Assembly: GCF_001194135.2 (NCBI RefSeq)
Contig: NC_068988.1
Location: forward strand, 11,040,140 to 11,092,198
DNA: 52,059 bases
Direction: 5' to 3'
From: Octopus bimaculoides
Lineage: Eukaryota
A model generated the notes under the pieces. It was not told the DNA's origin. It did not search any database and saw only the letters and a list, made by a program, of their open reading frames with translations. Positions 36,236 through 49,627 of the stretch are shown in pieces. Position 1 is the first letter of the stretch. Every line of letters starts with the position of its first letter. The position numbers were made by a program, and so were the translations under genes.

Positions 36236-38689
36236 CATACCTGCATACACAAACAAACACACACACACACACATACACATGTATTCGTATCATATTGTTA
36301 TGTGTATAAATTGCAGAATATCCGCTGAAGTTATCCATGATTTTATTATTGTATCTCTGCCGACCTTGTACATACTTATAATGTTTTCGCTGAATATGTA
36401 TTCTTCATCGCATCTTTATCAATGCAAAGCTTATTTTTATTGCGTTATTACGATAGGAAAATATTGATTATATTTGCAGTAGGAAAATATGGTAGGATCT
36501 GATGTTTATTTCTATAATGTTACCTTTAAAATCATTAAGGTTTTATTACACTTCAAAGAAATTATGAATATATATAAAAGTTAAGCACATTTCCATGAAA
36601 ACAATGAAATTTTATTTTCTTGTATGAAACTATGAAAACTGGAAGAAACATATTAAAAGTATCACTCGACAGCTCGTGAGGTTTTATTTATGCGTTACGC
36701 ATGCGTTCAAATCATTATAGTAGAAGTTTCACTGTTGTGGATCATTCAATCTTATGAAAAAACTATCTTAGAATCCGAAGAAAATAATTTTCCCCTCTTT
36801 TTTATACGTTTTAAGAGCCCTTCATAGAAAGGAATATACGCAGTAATAAATATAACTATTAAATTCGTTTTATAAGCATAAGAATATGTTTTTGTGTGCC
36901 TGTACATGTCTTCAGCTCAACAGTATAAGCATTGATCTCTGTATTAGATATATAAAATATATATTTGATATTTAGTTTACATGTTTTTTCTTTGCTTTAA
37001 CATTAATAACATTACTATTCAAACAAACTTATTGCATTCGTTGCAGTATATTTTCTCCTGCTCTTTTTTGCCTGTGTATAACATAGATGTTAGAAAAACA
37101 GAAGATATGAATTATTCGTTTCTTTCTTTTTAAAATCCAGATGTATGCTTCAAGCTATATACCTATTTGTGCTAACTTTCCTTTTTATATCCTTTGCTAA
37201 CCAATTATGATACTACATTCTATTGTGCAGATTGTTTTATTTCAAATATATTCCTTCTGACTGTTTTCGATATATTCTATTTAATCACGTTCGTATTTGG
37301 AGTGGTTTACGCTCTCTAGAAGATGGGTTTCTTTCAGATGTTTATTTGTAAGTGAAGCAGCGGACGATATTGGAAATATAATTCATCAAAAACTTAGTTG
37401 ATTTTAGCCAAAGTATAAATGACATAAACACGAAACATTCCTGTTAATGTTTGATAATAACCTTGCTTATATATTTCATCTCCTCGGAAAAATCCTCCTC
37501 CGTTATATGTTTAGGAAATTATATACATTTTTAAAGAAATTATGTGTATTTTAAGGAAATAATGTACAAGCGTTGTTTTGGGAATTTCAACATAGGTCTT
37601 CAAATATACGTACACCCATTCTTTTGTTTTGGCTTTTTCAAGAAGATGCTATTAAAAGAAAAAAAAATATTATAATCAATATTTACCAAAACAACATACA
37701 TATATACCAAAGGGGAATTTATAATGAGTTTCGAAATGCATTCTGAGAAAGTATTCTATGTGAGTTGATAATAGACTGCAAACAAATTTTGTTTCTGTAG
37801 AAGAAACTACTTTCCGTTTATATTTGTTCATATCGCTATTAATAATCTGAAAATTGTCCCACTATGTTCAGTGCTACAGAAACAAACTCACACATTCATA
37901 TTCGAATCATTGTTTTTTCGCTCAAGCCATAAATAGTTGGCTGCCTAGTTATTAGAGACAGCATAACGTATCATGGCAACCGTTGACGTTTCCGTTTCCC
38001 TGTATTCCGTCAAGAACAATGTTATGCAACCGGACCAACAATAATCAAGCTCTCATATTTAATTCACGGTTTGGGAAACTAAGATCTTCATATTGCGAAA
38101 TGGAAAATAAATCCTTAGAACTTTTGAGAAACTGCATTGCAATATTTCAGCAGGCTCTGCATGTTCTGAGTTCATATATCAACGCTGACTTTCATTCAAG
38201 AGAGGTAGATAAAATGATCTATCGGTCCATTATTGAAGGTAATCTAATCAATGGACCACCCTATGTAACATGAGGCATGTGGACTTGGGTTGATGATAAT
38301 GGTCGGTTATATTGTGAATTAAAATGTGTTTACAGCGATGAGCAACATACATGTATAAATATATATAAGTTACACAATGTGATACATATTAGGATATACG
38401 AATATGTAACATTTAGAGCAATGTTACAGGGTCTATTATGATACGAAGAAAATTTCATTCAGGCTACACTACATAAATGTCATATTCATCAACATTTTAT
38501 AAAGCAAATTATTGCTGATAAATCATTGATTTAACCGTCATGTTTATTCCAGTATTTATTCCTTGTGTTCTTAATTCAAATCTTATTAAACATTTGTGTC
38601 AGGTCAATTGTGATGTCTCACATGGGTGCTACTGTTAACAGGGAACTCAGGTCAACCATTTACATGATTGAGTCATCAGCGCCTAAACC

Positions 38690-38940
38690 GGCGCCGCTAC
38701 AAGAGTTGCTTGGTGTGGAGGATTGCTAGAATCCCCACAGGACTAAACGCAAGACCTCTCAAAAAACGGATGAAACTAGTCCAGGTTCAATGACTCTCTA
38801 GTAATAGCAGGGACCCTCAGATATGCCGGTTCGGTGTCCAGCGTGCAGAATAACGACTGGGAGTGAGTCTCCTCTCGGGATTTTTCTCAGATATAGCATT
38901 GTCTGAAACAATTACTGAACTCCCATTAGAGAACGTATTT
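38690..38940 (+). mobile_element. Possible RTE-clade LINE 5' fragment (UTR and start of the endonuclease)
   Basis: Relatively GC-rich block followed by DIALSET at 38890-38910, similar to the DIAALSET motif of RTE AP-endonucleases. Confidence 0.35.
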
Positions 38941-40005
38941 TTGTCGTTAAAACACGAATGTATTTAGGTACCAACATGTTATATAGTTACGGTATAAAAT
39001 TGTAGAATTTTTGGATGACAATTTGGTAGGTAATTGGATTGAATCGGGCAATATCATAGCTTGGGATATGAGTGCACAATGAGAAGTTGAGATCATGGAA
39101 ATGAATTAAATACCTGTACACAAACAAACACACGCGCGCGCGCGGGCACACACATACACATATCACCTGCTTTAAATGTCCCAGCGAGAGATATACACTA
39201 ACAGTACCGAAAAGTAAAATTTATTTGCTAAAAGAATTTATCGGTCCTATGAAGGATGATGTTGCTGCTGTTTAAACGGCAGTTAAATATATTTTCCAGC
39301 TGGCTATCGGTAATGATACTACATATCTCTCGCTGAGATATTTAAAACGTGTTATATATATATATTATATATATACCCACACACCCACATCCACTGAAAA
39401 CTCATATACACTTAAACATAGATGCAAATATGACCATAGAGAAACACGAATACGCATTTATATGCATAATTACATTTATGAATCAGTGTTTGCGTATAAT
39501 GCGTATATGCATCTATATGCATATATATGAATATATATATATATATACACACACACAAACACACACACACACACACATATTTGCTCGTGTGCGTGCACAT
39601 GGGCAGGCGTGTGTGTGTTTGTGTCTGCATGTATATAATTACAATATAAAGTCTGCAGCTCTTTTAGTGGTTAAGACAAACATCATATAATTGGTCCAAT
39701 TTATCTCTAGATAAAATGTTTCCCCGTTGTACTGAAATTAATTAAATTTATGTTTCTTGTGGTACGAAAAGAAAATGAAACATTTCTGAAATGGCCAATT
39801 TTGTTTTGCTTCATTCTTTGTGTGTGTTTTCTTATCTCCAATTATATTAATCAGGACGTAAGTTTCAGCTAATTCATAAATAGTCAAATTTATGCCACAT
39901 AAGATTACTTCATTGTATTAATATCTTAAAGTTTAAAGGTTTTACGTTCTTACTATTCAGATCTTATAACAAATATATATTTTAGGGTTTACATATTAAT
40001 TCACT

Positions 40006-40065
<60 letters not shown>

Positions 40066-40211
40066 NNNNNNNNNNNNNNNNNNNNNNNNNNNNNNNNNNN
40101 NNNNNNNNNNNNNNNNNNNNNNNNNNNNNNNNNNNNNNNNNNNNNNNNNNNNNNNNNNNNNNNNNNNNNNNNNNNNNNNNNNNNNNNNNNNNNNNNNNNN
40201 NNNNNNNNNNN

Positions 40212-40251
<40 letters not shown>

Positions 40252-40343
40252 AAAACAGGCAGAGAGATAGATAGACAGACAGACAGATAGACAGATAGAC
40301 ATACAGAGACAGAGAGGTAGATAAAGTTATAGCTAGATAGAGC

Positions 40344-40402
<59 letters not shown>

Positions 40403-40460
40403 GGATGGATGGATGGATGGATGGATGGATGGATAGGTAGATAGATAGATAGGTAGATAG
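40212..40460. repeat. Compound (TA)n, (GACA)n, (GATA)n and (GGAT)n microsatellite
   Basis: Direct tracts next to the gap at 40066-40211. Confidence 0.95.
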
Positions 40461-41830
40461 ATACACATATATATTCCCGCATATACGAATTTGCGAGTTA
40501 TAGGTGGCTTAAGATTTTGTGAGCTTAGGTTATTTAAATAAATATTTTTGAATGAATATTGTTTCTGATTTCTTTTCAAGAGCAATAAATATCTCTCTTC
40601 ATCTAGATTTAATACATATATTCTCTTTATCTATATTTACTACAGAAAATTTCCGAATTTACAATTGTTTTATCATAATACATTCATTATTTTCTATCCA
40701 TTATATTTTTTTTATCGCCTATTTTATTACTTCATTATATTTTCATTGTTTTATTTGATCAATCATTAGAATATAAGTACAAATAAATAAAACTCCTGTC
40801 TCAGTTTTAAGATATATCTTTACGAAACAAGCTGTTAATATTTGCATTATTTATGATTCAGAATGAAATTCATCAATCACAAGAATATACCAGTAAGACA
40901 CACATATACAATATACACAAGTTTAAACAAACACAAACAGCCACACACAAACCCCCACACACACACACGGTAACATACACATGATAGACTCTCTCAAAGA
41001 GTAATATACAGATAAATAGCTATCTCTCTCTTGGTCTAACCCCCTCTCTCAATCTCTCTCTTTATATAAACACGCACACACGTACACTCATATTTATTCA
41101 TATATAGACTTTTCACAATACATACATATGTATNNNNNNNNNNNNNNNNNNNNNNNNNNNNNNNNNNNNNNNNNNNNNNNNNNNNNNNNNNNNNNNNNNN
41201 NNNNNNNNNNNNNNNNNNNNNNNNNNNNNNNNNNNNNNNNNNNNNNNNNNNNNNNNNNNNNNNNNNNNNNNNNNNNNNNNNNNNNNNNNNNNNNNNNNNN
41301 NNNNNNNNNNNNNNNNNNNNNNNNNNNNNNNNNNNNNNNNNNNNNNNNNNNNNNNNNNNNNNNNNNNNNNNNNNNNNNNNNNNNNNNNNNNNNNNNNNNN
41401 NNNNNNNNNNNNNNNNNNNNNNNNNNNNNNNNNNNNNNNNNNNNNNNNNNNNNNNNNNNNNNNNNNNNNNNNNNNNNNNNNNNNNNNGTGTGTGTGTGCT
41501 TCAGTGTGTGTCTCGGTGTGTGTCTTCTCACATTCTGATAGAAGAGATTAAATGTCGTTTCATTGTTTCTTTTACTCTGAAGATATTCGTTACAGTGCAA
41601 CCTCCCTGTCAATGACTTTCACCGAGTTGGCACATTGTACTTCACAACACATCAGGTTCTCATTTCTGTCCTTTAGTTAATATATACCACATATATATAT
41701 ATATATATGTATGTGTGTGCGTGTGTGCGTGTTTGTGTGAGTATGTGTGTGTGTGTTCTGTATGGCATATACACTCTTGCGCACACATATATAGAATCAT
41801 TATATACACGATTACTAAAAGTACATATAA

Positions 41831-41895
41831 TACGAGGGTCGGCCGAAATTTTCATAGGCTACTCAAAATTATCCCATGAAATGTGACCAAATGAG
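41831..41895 (+). mobile_element. Mariner-type terminal fragment abutting the LINE 3' end
   Basis: TACGAGGGTCGGCCGAAATTTTCATAGGCT has the TA-CGAGG start typical of mariner TIRs. Confidence 0.5.
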
Positions 41896-42113
41896 CTGAA
41901 ACAAAAATGAAACCAAAACGAAAATAGCAAAAAAAGGAAGAAAAAATTCCGATCAAAAGGGATCGTGCTAAAACCAACAGTCAAAAGGGACCTTGTATCA
42001 CAGAACAGAGCAAAAATTTAAAAAAAAACAAGTTCATCCGTGGAACGAAAAGCGTACCAAAAAGACCACGGTAGCCTCAGGCAGGGAGGGTAAAAACACT
42101 TCAGAGCAAAGTG

Positions 42114-42144
<31 letters not shown>

Positions 42145-43165
42145 GACGTGTACCGTCTGTGCTACATTCACCCACCACCTTTCCTTGAATTTTCATGAAC
42201 AAAACTTGCCTCTCTATTCCCACCTTCCTTTTCAAGTGGTACTTGAAAAAGTTGATAAGCGAGTGGCCAGAGAGGAAAATGGGTGGACACTGCACTAGTA
42301 CATGCAGAACGGTTTCGTCGGTCTCACCACATCTCGAGCAAGTCTATCCGCTGTGTGTCGAACCGTGCCTGTAAAGCTTATCCCGAACAGACAATGCTTC
42401 CCGATAGCGCTGCAAGGTCAGGGATCTTTTGGTGATTGTCCATAGGTCCCGGCCAGAAAGTTGTCCTGAATCGTAGTTGCTTGAAAGCAAGGCGGCACTC
42501 TCAGTGCCATTCACCTAGCTTCGGTCTCTATTTGATCCACGACTGCAGTTCGGTCAAACAGACGAGCTGCAGAAAAGCGTGCCTCACAAACGGTGATCAC
42601 ACCTGTTCACCCTCGTCTATGAAGGGCCGGAGATGTCGCATTCTCAGCACATGTCTGTCCATCATCAACCACGGCATGCCCAGCCCTCCATTTCGTGGGT
42701 GTTGACAGCAAATCGATCGCCTAACAATCGGAAAGCTTTCTCTCCACAACAAGCGGACGAGTATCCGTTCCAGTTTCGTGAAGGTATGGTCGGGACATGG
42801 CATGACGGTCAGACGGTAATTGATGATGGATGCGATATACGCGTTTGCCACCTCCGCCCAACGTTTTAGGGATAGCTTCCTCTCGGCCCATTGCTGTTTG
42901 AAAGTGGACCCCTTACTCGTTATCTCGTCCCAGTTCTTCTCCATTTGGATGTCCGGACCGAACCAGACCCCGAGGAATTTCACCGGTCCGTTGCTCCAGC
43001 GTCCCATGATGAAAACCATGTTGGACGGTATGGGTTTGCTTCTCAAGGTGCCCAACCGAAAGCCCAATGACTTTTCCGGGTTAATTTTTGCTCCCGTTAC
43101 CGCTTCATATTGTTTTAGTCTCTCGCTGACCAGGTCGATATGCTTGTGGCTCGATAGATAGATAA
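41890..43165 (-). mobile_element. 5'-truncated Tx1/L1-clade LINE: end of RT, C-terminal region, Cys-rich knuckle and probable T-rich 3' UTR
   Basis: ORF 42597-43067 contains VKFLGVWFG, WAERKLSL and HPRNGGLGMP. Upstream is YEAVTGAKINPEKS. Downstream is RCGETDETVLHVLVQC (about 42285-42333). Frameshifted. Confidence 0.9.
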
Positions 43166-43322
43166 TCCAGTAGCTTGATTGTATATAGTTGCTGATAACC
43201 GTTTAGGACATTTCAAATGCACGCTATGAACTTATTTCACAGATGATATTAAATAAATATAATAATGTATGAATATACGTATATATCCATATATGTACAC
43301 AATACACACACACACACACATG

Positions 43323-43369
<47 letters not shown>

Positions 43370-43372
<3 letters not shown>

Positions 43373-43600
43373 ACGAATGACCAGTCATACCACTTACACA
43401 CCGTACCTATTCGTTTCGATCACCAGTGGACTTAACCACTCATATTCTCTCTATTTATATATGTATATATATATATATATATACATACGCACTCTTCTGT
43501 ATAGTAATGAAAGATATTCGTGGCAAATGCCGTGCCCCCTAATGGGGTCTCAACAGCATCCTCTACGTTGCTTACAGAACGTCTTAACCACACGGTGATA
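43370..43600 (-). mobile_element. Decayed SINE family B fragment interrupted by (TA)n
   Basis: Reverse complement of 43510-43600 resembles the family B head (CCGTGTGGTTAAGACGTT...GGCACGGCATTTGCC). Confidence 0.4.
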
Positions 43601-44099
43601 TGATGTTACACTTAAAATATTTTTAATAAAACAGTCGCTGAAAGTCGAATAAACAAATCATAAAATAAAATATCTTTTATATTCCACTTTTAGAAATTGG
43701 CATAAATGCTTTTAATATCGCTTCCATTTTTTCAGAATTTATTTTTAAAGAGATTTCAATATTATTTCACTTAGATGAATAAAACGTAAGAGCAAAAATA
43801 TAAAAATGAAAATAAAGAACCGTATTGGAAAAATGTTAAATGAATAAATATAATATAAAAGAAAATATGATGATATATTGTTTAGGTGATGTTCTTTGTA
43901 AACAAACGATATGGTTTTCTTTGAAAGGTTATTGATAATTCAGGGTTCAAATGTCGGAATTAATGGTGTATGGGCTTGAAATGTTTTCTAAAGGAAGATA
44001 TTACAATGAGTGAGCGTTTTGTTGATATTTTGATTGCGAATGCAAAGTTGACATCACAATAAAAGTTGTGTAATATACGAATTCTTAGTAATATTATAT

Positions 44100-44420
44100 T
44101 GTTGCTTGTGTTAACATCATTGTTATCATTATTATAAATATTATTATCATTCTCGTTATTATTATTATTACTATTATTATTATTATTATTATTATTATCA
44201 TCATCNNNNNNNNNNTTGCTTGTGTTAACATCATTGTTATCATTATTATAAATATTATTATCATTTTCGTTATTATTATTATTACTATTATTATTATTAT
44301 TATTATTATTATTATCTTCATCATCATCATCGTCATCATCATCATTATTATTATCATTATTATTATTATTAATACATTTTACGATTAATAATAGCGCTGT
44401 CATTAATATTTCTCATAGTA
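44100..44420. repeat. (ATT)n/(ATC)n microsatellite field with a duplicated block across a 10-N gap
   Basis: Direct tracts. 44102-44205 is repeated from 44216. Confidence 0.9.
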
Positions 44421-45149
44421 TTATTATTATGTTCTTCATGTTGCTACTGTTGATATTACAATTAGTGATATTATTGAACTGCCTTTTCAACTAAAGAAGC
44501 GAAAGTAATGAGGTAATCATGATCAAACAAAAGGAAACAAACGCGAAGCATATACACACCCCCACACACGCACACATACTAACGAGTATATGTAAATATA
44601 ATGAACATCGTATGTGTATGTGTGACTGTGTCAATGTCCCTATGTTTCATGTATGTATGTATGCAAGTCTGATAGTAACTGTAAGGAGATAATCTCACCT
44701 TGCACTTGCTGAACGTAACTAGCTAACACAACAAACAAAATATCGAGGCAGTAAATGAACTGAAGAATAATTTTCTCCAAATTAACTAAAATCTATAAAA
44801 CAAAAGAATGAATGTTGCAGTATTAATGCAAAATATACATAAAATTAATTAAGTCGTATCTTGAAAGAACTTCATACAATTTCATTTCTTTGTTTTATAA
44901 AACGCAGTGTTAATATAAATATATGTAGGATTTCCAAAGAAAAACATGGTTTATCGAAATGTATGCAAAGAGAAGTGTAACACGTTGATATTGAGAAGCT
45001 CACAATTACTAGTTAAAGTGTTTTACCAGAACACAATCCGTCTTAGCAACAACATTTAATACTATACTACTGAATGGAAGGCAAAAAATCGATAGTTCTT
45101 AAAATGATTTATACGCAATGATTATTACTGGAGCTATAATCATGATACT

Positions 45150-45360
45150 ATCAAACACTTCTGATTAAGGATAGGTTTTTCAACAGCACCGCTTTTCTTG
45201 TAACATCGGACTTTTCACCTGAACGCTATGTAGACGATGAAAGCTGGAGTATATCCGAAGTTTAGAAATATATGCAAAGCTCTTGTGTGATGGAGAACTA
45301 ACTACTGTTTGGTGGTTTCTTATTGTAATGTAATCCCAGATATTCGTTGAAGAATTGCAT
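45150..45360 (-). mobile_element. Possible second R4/Dong-type C-terminal relic
   Basis: Minus strand gives IWDY...VVSS...MLQ and, after a frameshift, KAVLLKNLSLIRSV*, loosely like MQKAVIL...IVRKFL. Confidence 0.25.
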
Positions 45361-45722
45361 AGTTGCAGAAGTCTATGTGTGTAAAGGAATAGTGGAATCG
45401 ATTGAAATGATACTAGCAGAAGCCTGTAATTGACTATTTTGTAACAGAATGTATTGAATGCAAAACGAGACGCAGATGGATTGGAATTCGGCAGGAAATT
45501 ATATACGGCATTGTTACATTGTTACACAAAACAATTGCATCTACTAGTACTAAAACAGCCATGCCATGAACTACTACTACCACNNNNNNNNNNNNNNNNN
45601 NNNNNNNNNNNNNNNNNNNNNNNNNNNNNNNNNNNNNNNNNNNNNNNNNNNNNNNNNNNNNNNNNNNNNNNNNNNNNNNNNNNNNNNNNNNNNNNNNNNN
45701 NNNNNNNNNNNNNNNNNNNNNN

Positions 45723-45820
45723 AGAAGAAGAAGAAGAAGAAGAAGAAGAAGAAGAAGAAGAAGAAGAAGAAGAAGAAGAAGAAGAAGAAGAAGACGAAGA
45801 AGAAGAAGAAGAAGAAGAAG
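45723..45820 (+). repeat. (GAA)n microsatellite
   Basis: Direct tract after the gap at 45584-45722. It produces the poly-E, poly-K, poly-L and poly-F pseudo-ORFs. Confidence 0.95.
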
Positions 45821-46575
45821 GATGCTTTCGTCATTAAACAGTAAGGCTTCACATAAAAATATGGGGGACGAAATGGGGCATATGGAGAAAGCCCGGCTGA
45901 CTGCACTTCGATGCCAGTAGAATTTCTCCAGAACTGGCAATGTCCTACCCCTGTAACGCTGTCAAACCAAGGATTCTAGAAATTATCGATAGTCTTTGTA
46001 AAAATAGCGTGGTTTAAAAGCAATGCTTTCGATGTTCCAGAATAATATTATAAATGATAATGATAATCATTGAGATGATGAAAATGATGAGAAGGAGAAA
46101 GAGAATGAGAAGAGTGGTACTAAGAGGATAAATAAATATTTTCTTTATATACATAAGAAATTATTCCCTGTAAAATGCAATAAAATGCAGAGTGCCTTGT
46201 CGTTCACTGTTGCTAGTTCAATGAAGTTTCAAGATTTTTGAAGCTTACTGAAGCTATAAAATGATCCTTATTCGCCTATTCGTAACGATGGTTGTCACTT
46301 CTTATAGGGTAAATTGTATGAGCATGATGTATTGCTTGTATATCAGTTATCGTATAAACCATATTACATTGCACATGAATACGCATTTTCTTTTTGTTTT
46401 ACTATTCATTTATTATTCCCTGCTCAATTCTGGAAAATTCTGCTTCGTATCTTTGTGTTGTTTATGATACATAAATGTATCATGTTCCCAAATGTTAAAT
46501 TCATGTTACCATATATGTATCATCAGGTTAAATTAATTGCTTGTTTCAAATTCTATTTTACTGAGATTTGAAAAC

Positions 46576-47917
46576 ATATGATGTAAACATAAAGTGTATA
46601 GATTTACTAGTAGCCTCGCATTCAGGGATTTCATGTGCTTCTCTTCGGAAGGTATAATCCGATAGTGACAAATGTTGTACGTATTCCATGAAGGAAGAAT
46701 ATTAGATATGTAAGAGTTAGTACCTAAACTATGTAAACAGAAGGAAAACTGAAAATGCAGAAAGATCAGATATGCGATAAAGAAATCACTTATATGGGAA
46801 CATTGTTGGGGGAATTGCCATGGAATAAACTTCAAAGAACAGAAATATAGCTGCCATAGTTAGTAACTTCTGAAAAGAGATTGTATTATCTGTACAATAT
46901 TCTAGATGTCAAATTCTCTGAATTATGGAGTGGCGAAAATAGTGAAGAAACATGCAAATTTGGGCATGAGTAGTGCATTGGAGATTTTAAACTAAATAGT
47001 GGAACGTGATTGGAGAACGAGGTAGGAAGCATATAATGTCTTGTGGTCCATAGTTACGCCATTTACAATAAAAGCTGGACTCTCGCCAGAGACTATTTTG
47101 ACTTTCATCCTTACAGTTTCGATAAAAAGTGTATCTTCTCGTGAAGAAAATCAATTTTCAATCGATTCTATCTGCGAACGAATATCATAACGCTTTGAAA
47201 ATTTTCATAAAAGAATCATAAATAATTGTAATCGCGACAATAGTTTGATGCTGAATCAGTAATATATGTATATATATTTGCAGCAAATGCAAAATATAAG
47301 TTAGTCCTAGATCGCACAATTTTCCTACAGGTCAGAAATGGTCTTTCTCGGTCATTATTTAATTTAACGCGACGCATCCATTTCCAAGTGTTTGTCTTTA
47401 CCTTTTTGATGTCACTTTCTACTCTATACGTTTTTTTTTCTTCCACCCTTCTCTAATTCCCTTTTTCTACCCTCCTTCCTTACCATTTTCTATCTGTTTC
47501 TCTCTCTCCCTCTTTCTCTTTTCTCTCTCTCTCCCTCTCTCGTTGCTCCCATGTGACCATCGTCCATCTTTGTTTTCCTCACTTGACCATCTTTCTTTTC
47601 CTGCACGGAGGTTTAAAGGAGCGGTTGTCTTTTTCTCTCACTCTTCTATCTTTTCTCTTTTCAAAAAAGAAACGATTCTCACAGCGTTCACTATTTTCCT
47701 CTCGTTCTGGTGCAACGAGCCTTCATGTTTGTTTTCGTTCGGTTTCCTTGTATGTCCCCATTGATTATTTAAGCAGATAATATCATTTTAGCATTTTCTT
47801 CTATGTCTTATTTTCCTTATATATATATATGATGTAAACATAAAGTGTATAGATTTACTAGTAGCCTCGCATTCAGGGATTTCATGTGCTTCTGTTCGGA
47901 AGGTATAATCCGATAGT
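46576..47917 (+). repeat. 91-bp dispersed direct repeat (46576-46666 and 47827-47917)
   Basis: 90/91 identical. The single difference is CTCTT versus CTGTT. Confidence 0.95.
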
Positions 47918-49402
47918 TGTATCCCCTTTTGAATTTATGAATCAAATATATGCACGGAATATAATCAATGCTGATTTTTTATTCCTGTCTCCACATGTGT
48001 ACCCAAAAGCAACCCGGAAGTATTCCCGCTTCTATGATGAAGATATATACAGATAAACTTCATTCCCTTTACTCTATCGGATACGTAGGGTGTTCGTTTT
48101 TGGTGAGGTGAGAATTCTGTTCATTTATATATATTTTTGGAACAATACTATGCTGACCAGCGAAATCTAGATTTATTCTAGTAATCGCGAAATCGGTCGA
48201 TACATAGTTAAGTTATTTAAAAGAACGTTGGTCGTCTTCTGTTTGGTTGTTTTTCCTCGCATTCGGTACTAAATATGGTTATTTTGAGAAGTCCAGCGTG
48301 TGGCATTATTATTTTTTCTGTAGTAATGCCCTTTATATAAATATAAACGAATAATTATATTCTTGGGAATAGAAATTTCCCTTATGAATTTTTTTACACA
48401 CTGGCTTCTTGATAAAATTCTTGTAAAAGATTGTTATCCCCTTATGAATTTATTAATCAAATATATATATATGTATATATATACATGTGTGTGTGTGTGT
48501 GTGTGTGCGTGTGTGTGTGTGTGTACATATATATGTATATGTTTATATTAATTTTGAGTATACTCATTAGCGAATCGCAAAATCATCCATTAATTTGGAC
48601 GAGGTAAACATACTAATAGAGAAACAGGTCAGGAATGAGCCGGACACCGAGCTGGCTTAAGTGATGATCGTAACGGATAGATAGATAGATAGATAAGCAA
48701 CAGACAGACAGAACGTGCGAAGGACATCAGGAAATTTCGGAAATTAGGACACTAAATTTTATAATGTCGTAAACAGATCACATCGATTCTGACTGCAGTA
48801 TTTGTTACATTAATGCTTCTGAGATGTGAGATAGATGCAACTTCAAGCAATGAGTTTTAAATTATGTAACAACTCTTTTGATGACGAACGATGGGAGCAG
48901 ATCGAATAATTTCACATCTGCTACTAACTCTCAATATTTGAAATCAAATATTTATTTCTTCGTCTATTTTGGTCTTTGCGTACTGAAATACACCGCATGC
49001 ATAGTTACCTACTTATAGGCTCACACACATACATGAGCGTGAGTGTGTGTGTTACTGTGCGTGAGTCTGTGTGTGTATCTGCGAATGCACATGTAGGCAG
49101 ATAAAACGTGTATCTGTAAATTCACAAGCTATAGACTATAGACAGATAACAGTTCAACAGTCAACCATACCTATTAGACATAAGCTATATTAAGGCGAGT
49201 GTGAACGGATATTGTATTGAATTATATATGCAGGAATTCCTAATACTATGTAAATATGTACGTACATTTATATATATACATATACATGCATATGTATACA
49301 TATAAATACATACATACATACATATATACATATATGAATTCAGATGGATAGATAGATAAACAGACAGACAGACATGCAGACATGCAGACAGGCAGATAGA
49401 TG

Positions 49403-49450
<48 letters not shown>

Positions 49451-49627
49451 CTTAAAATAATAATATGAGTGAAATTAATACTTACTTTAAATTATGTTGA
49501 TGTTGAATATGATTTTTTCCTTTCTATCAATGTTCATTAGTTTCTGGATATTTGTGACTTCGATATATATGAAATATTTGGCTATATCGAAATCCGATAC
49601 GTTTACTGACTTTGTAACAAATTCATA

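Noticed and set aside
37328-37353. Apparent 10-nt microexon (TTTCTTTCAG/ATGTTTATTT/GTAAGT)
   Set aside because: The length is not a multiple of three, such motif pairs arise by chance in AT-rich DNA, and no host gene is evident.
44102-44330. Block of about 105 bp repeated on both sides of a 10-N gap
   Set aside because: The copies are near-identical and sit exactly at a contig join, which is typical of an unmerged overlap or two haplotypes. Probably an assembly artefact.
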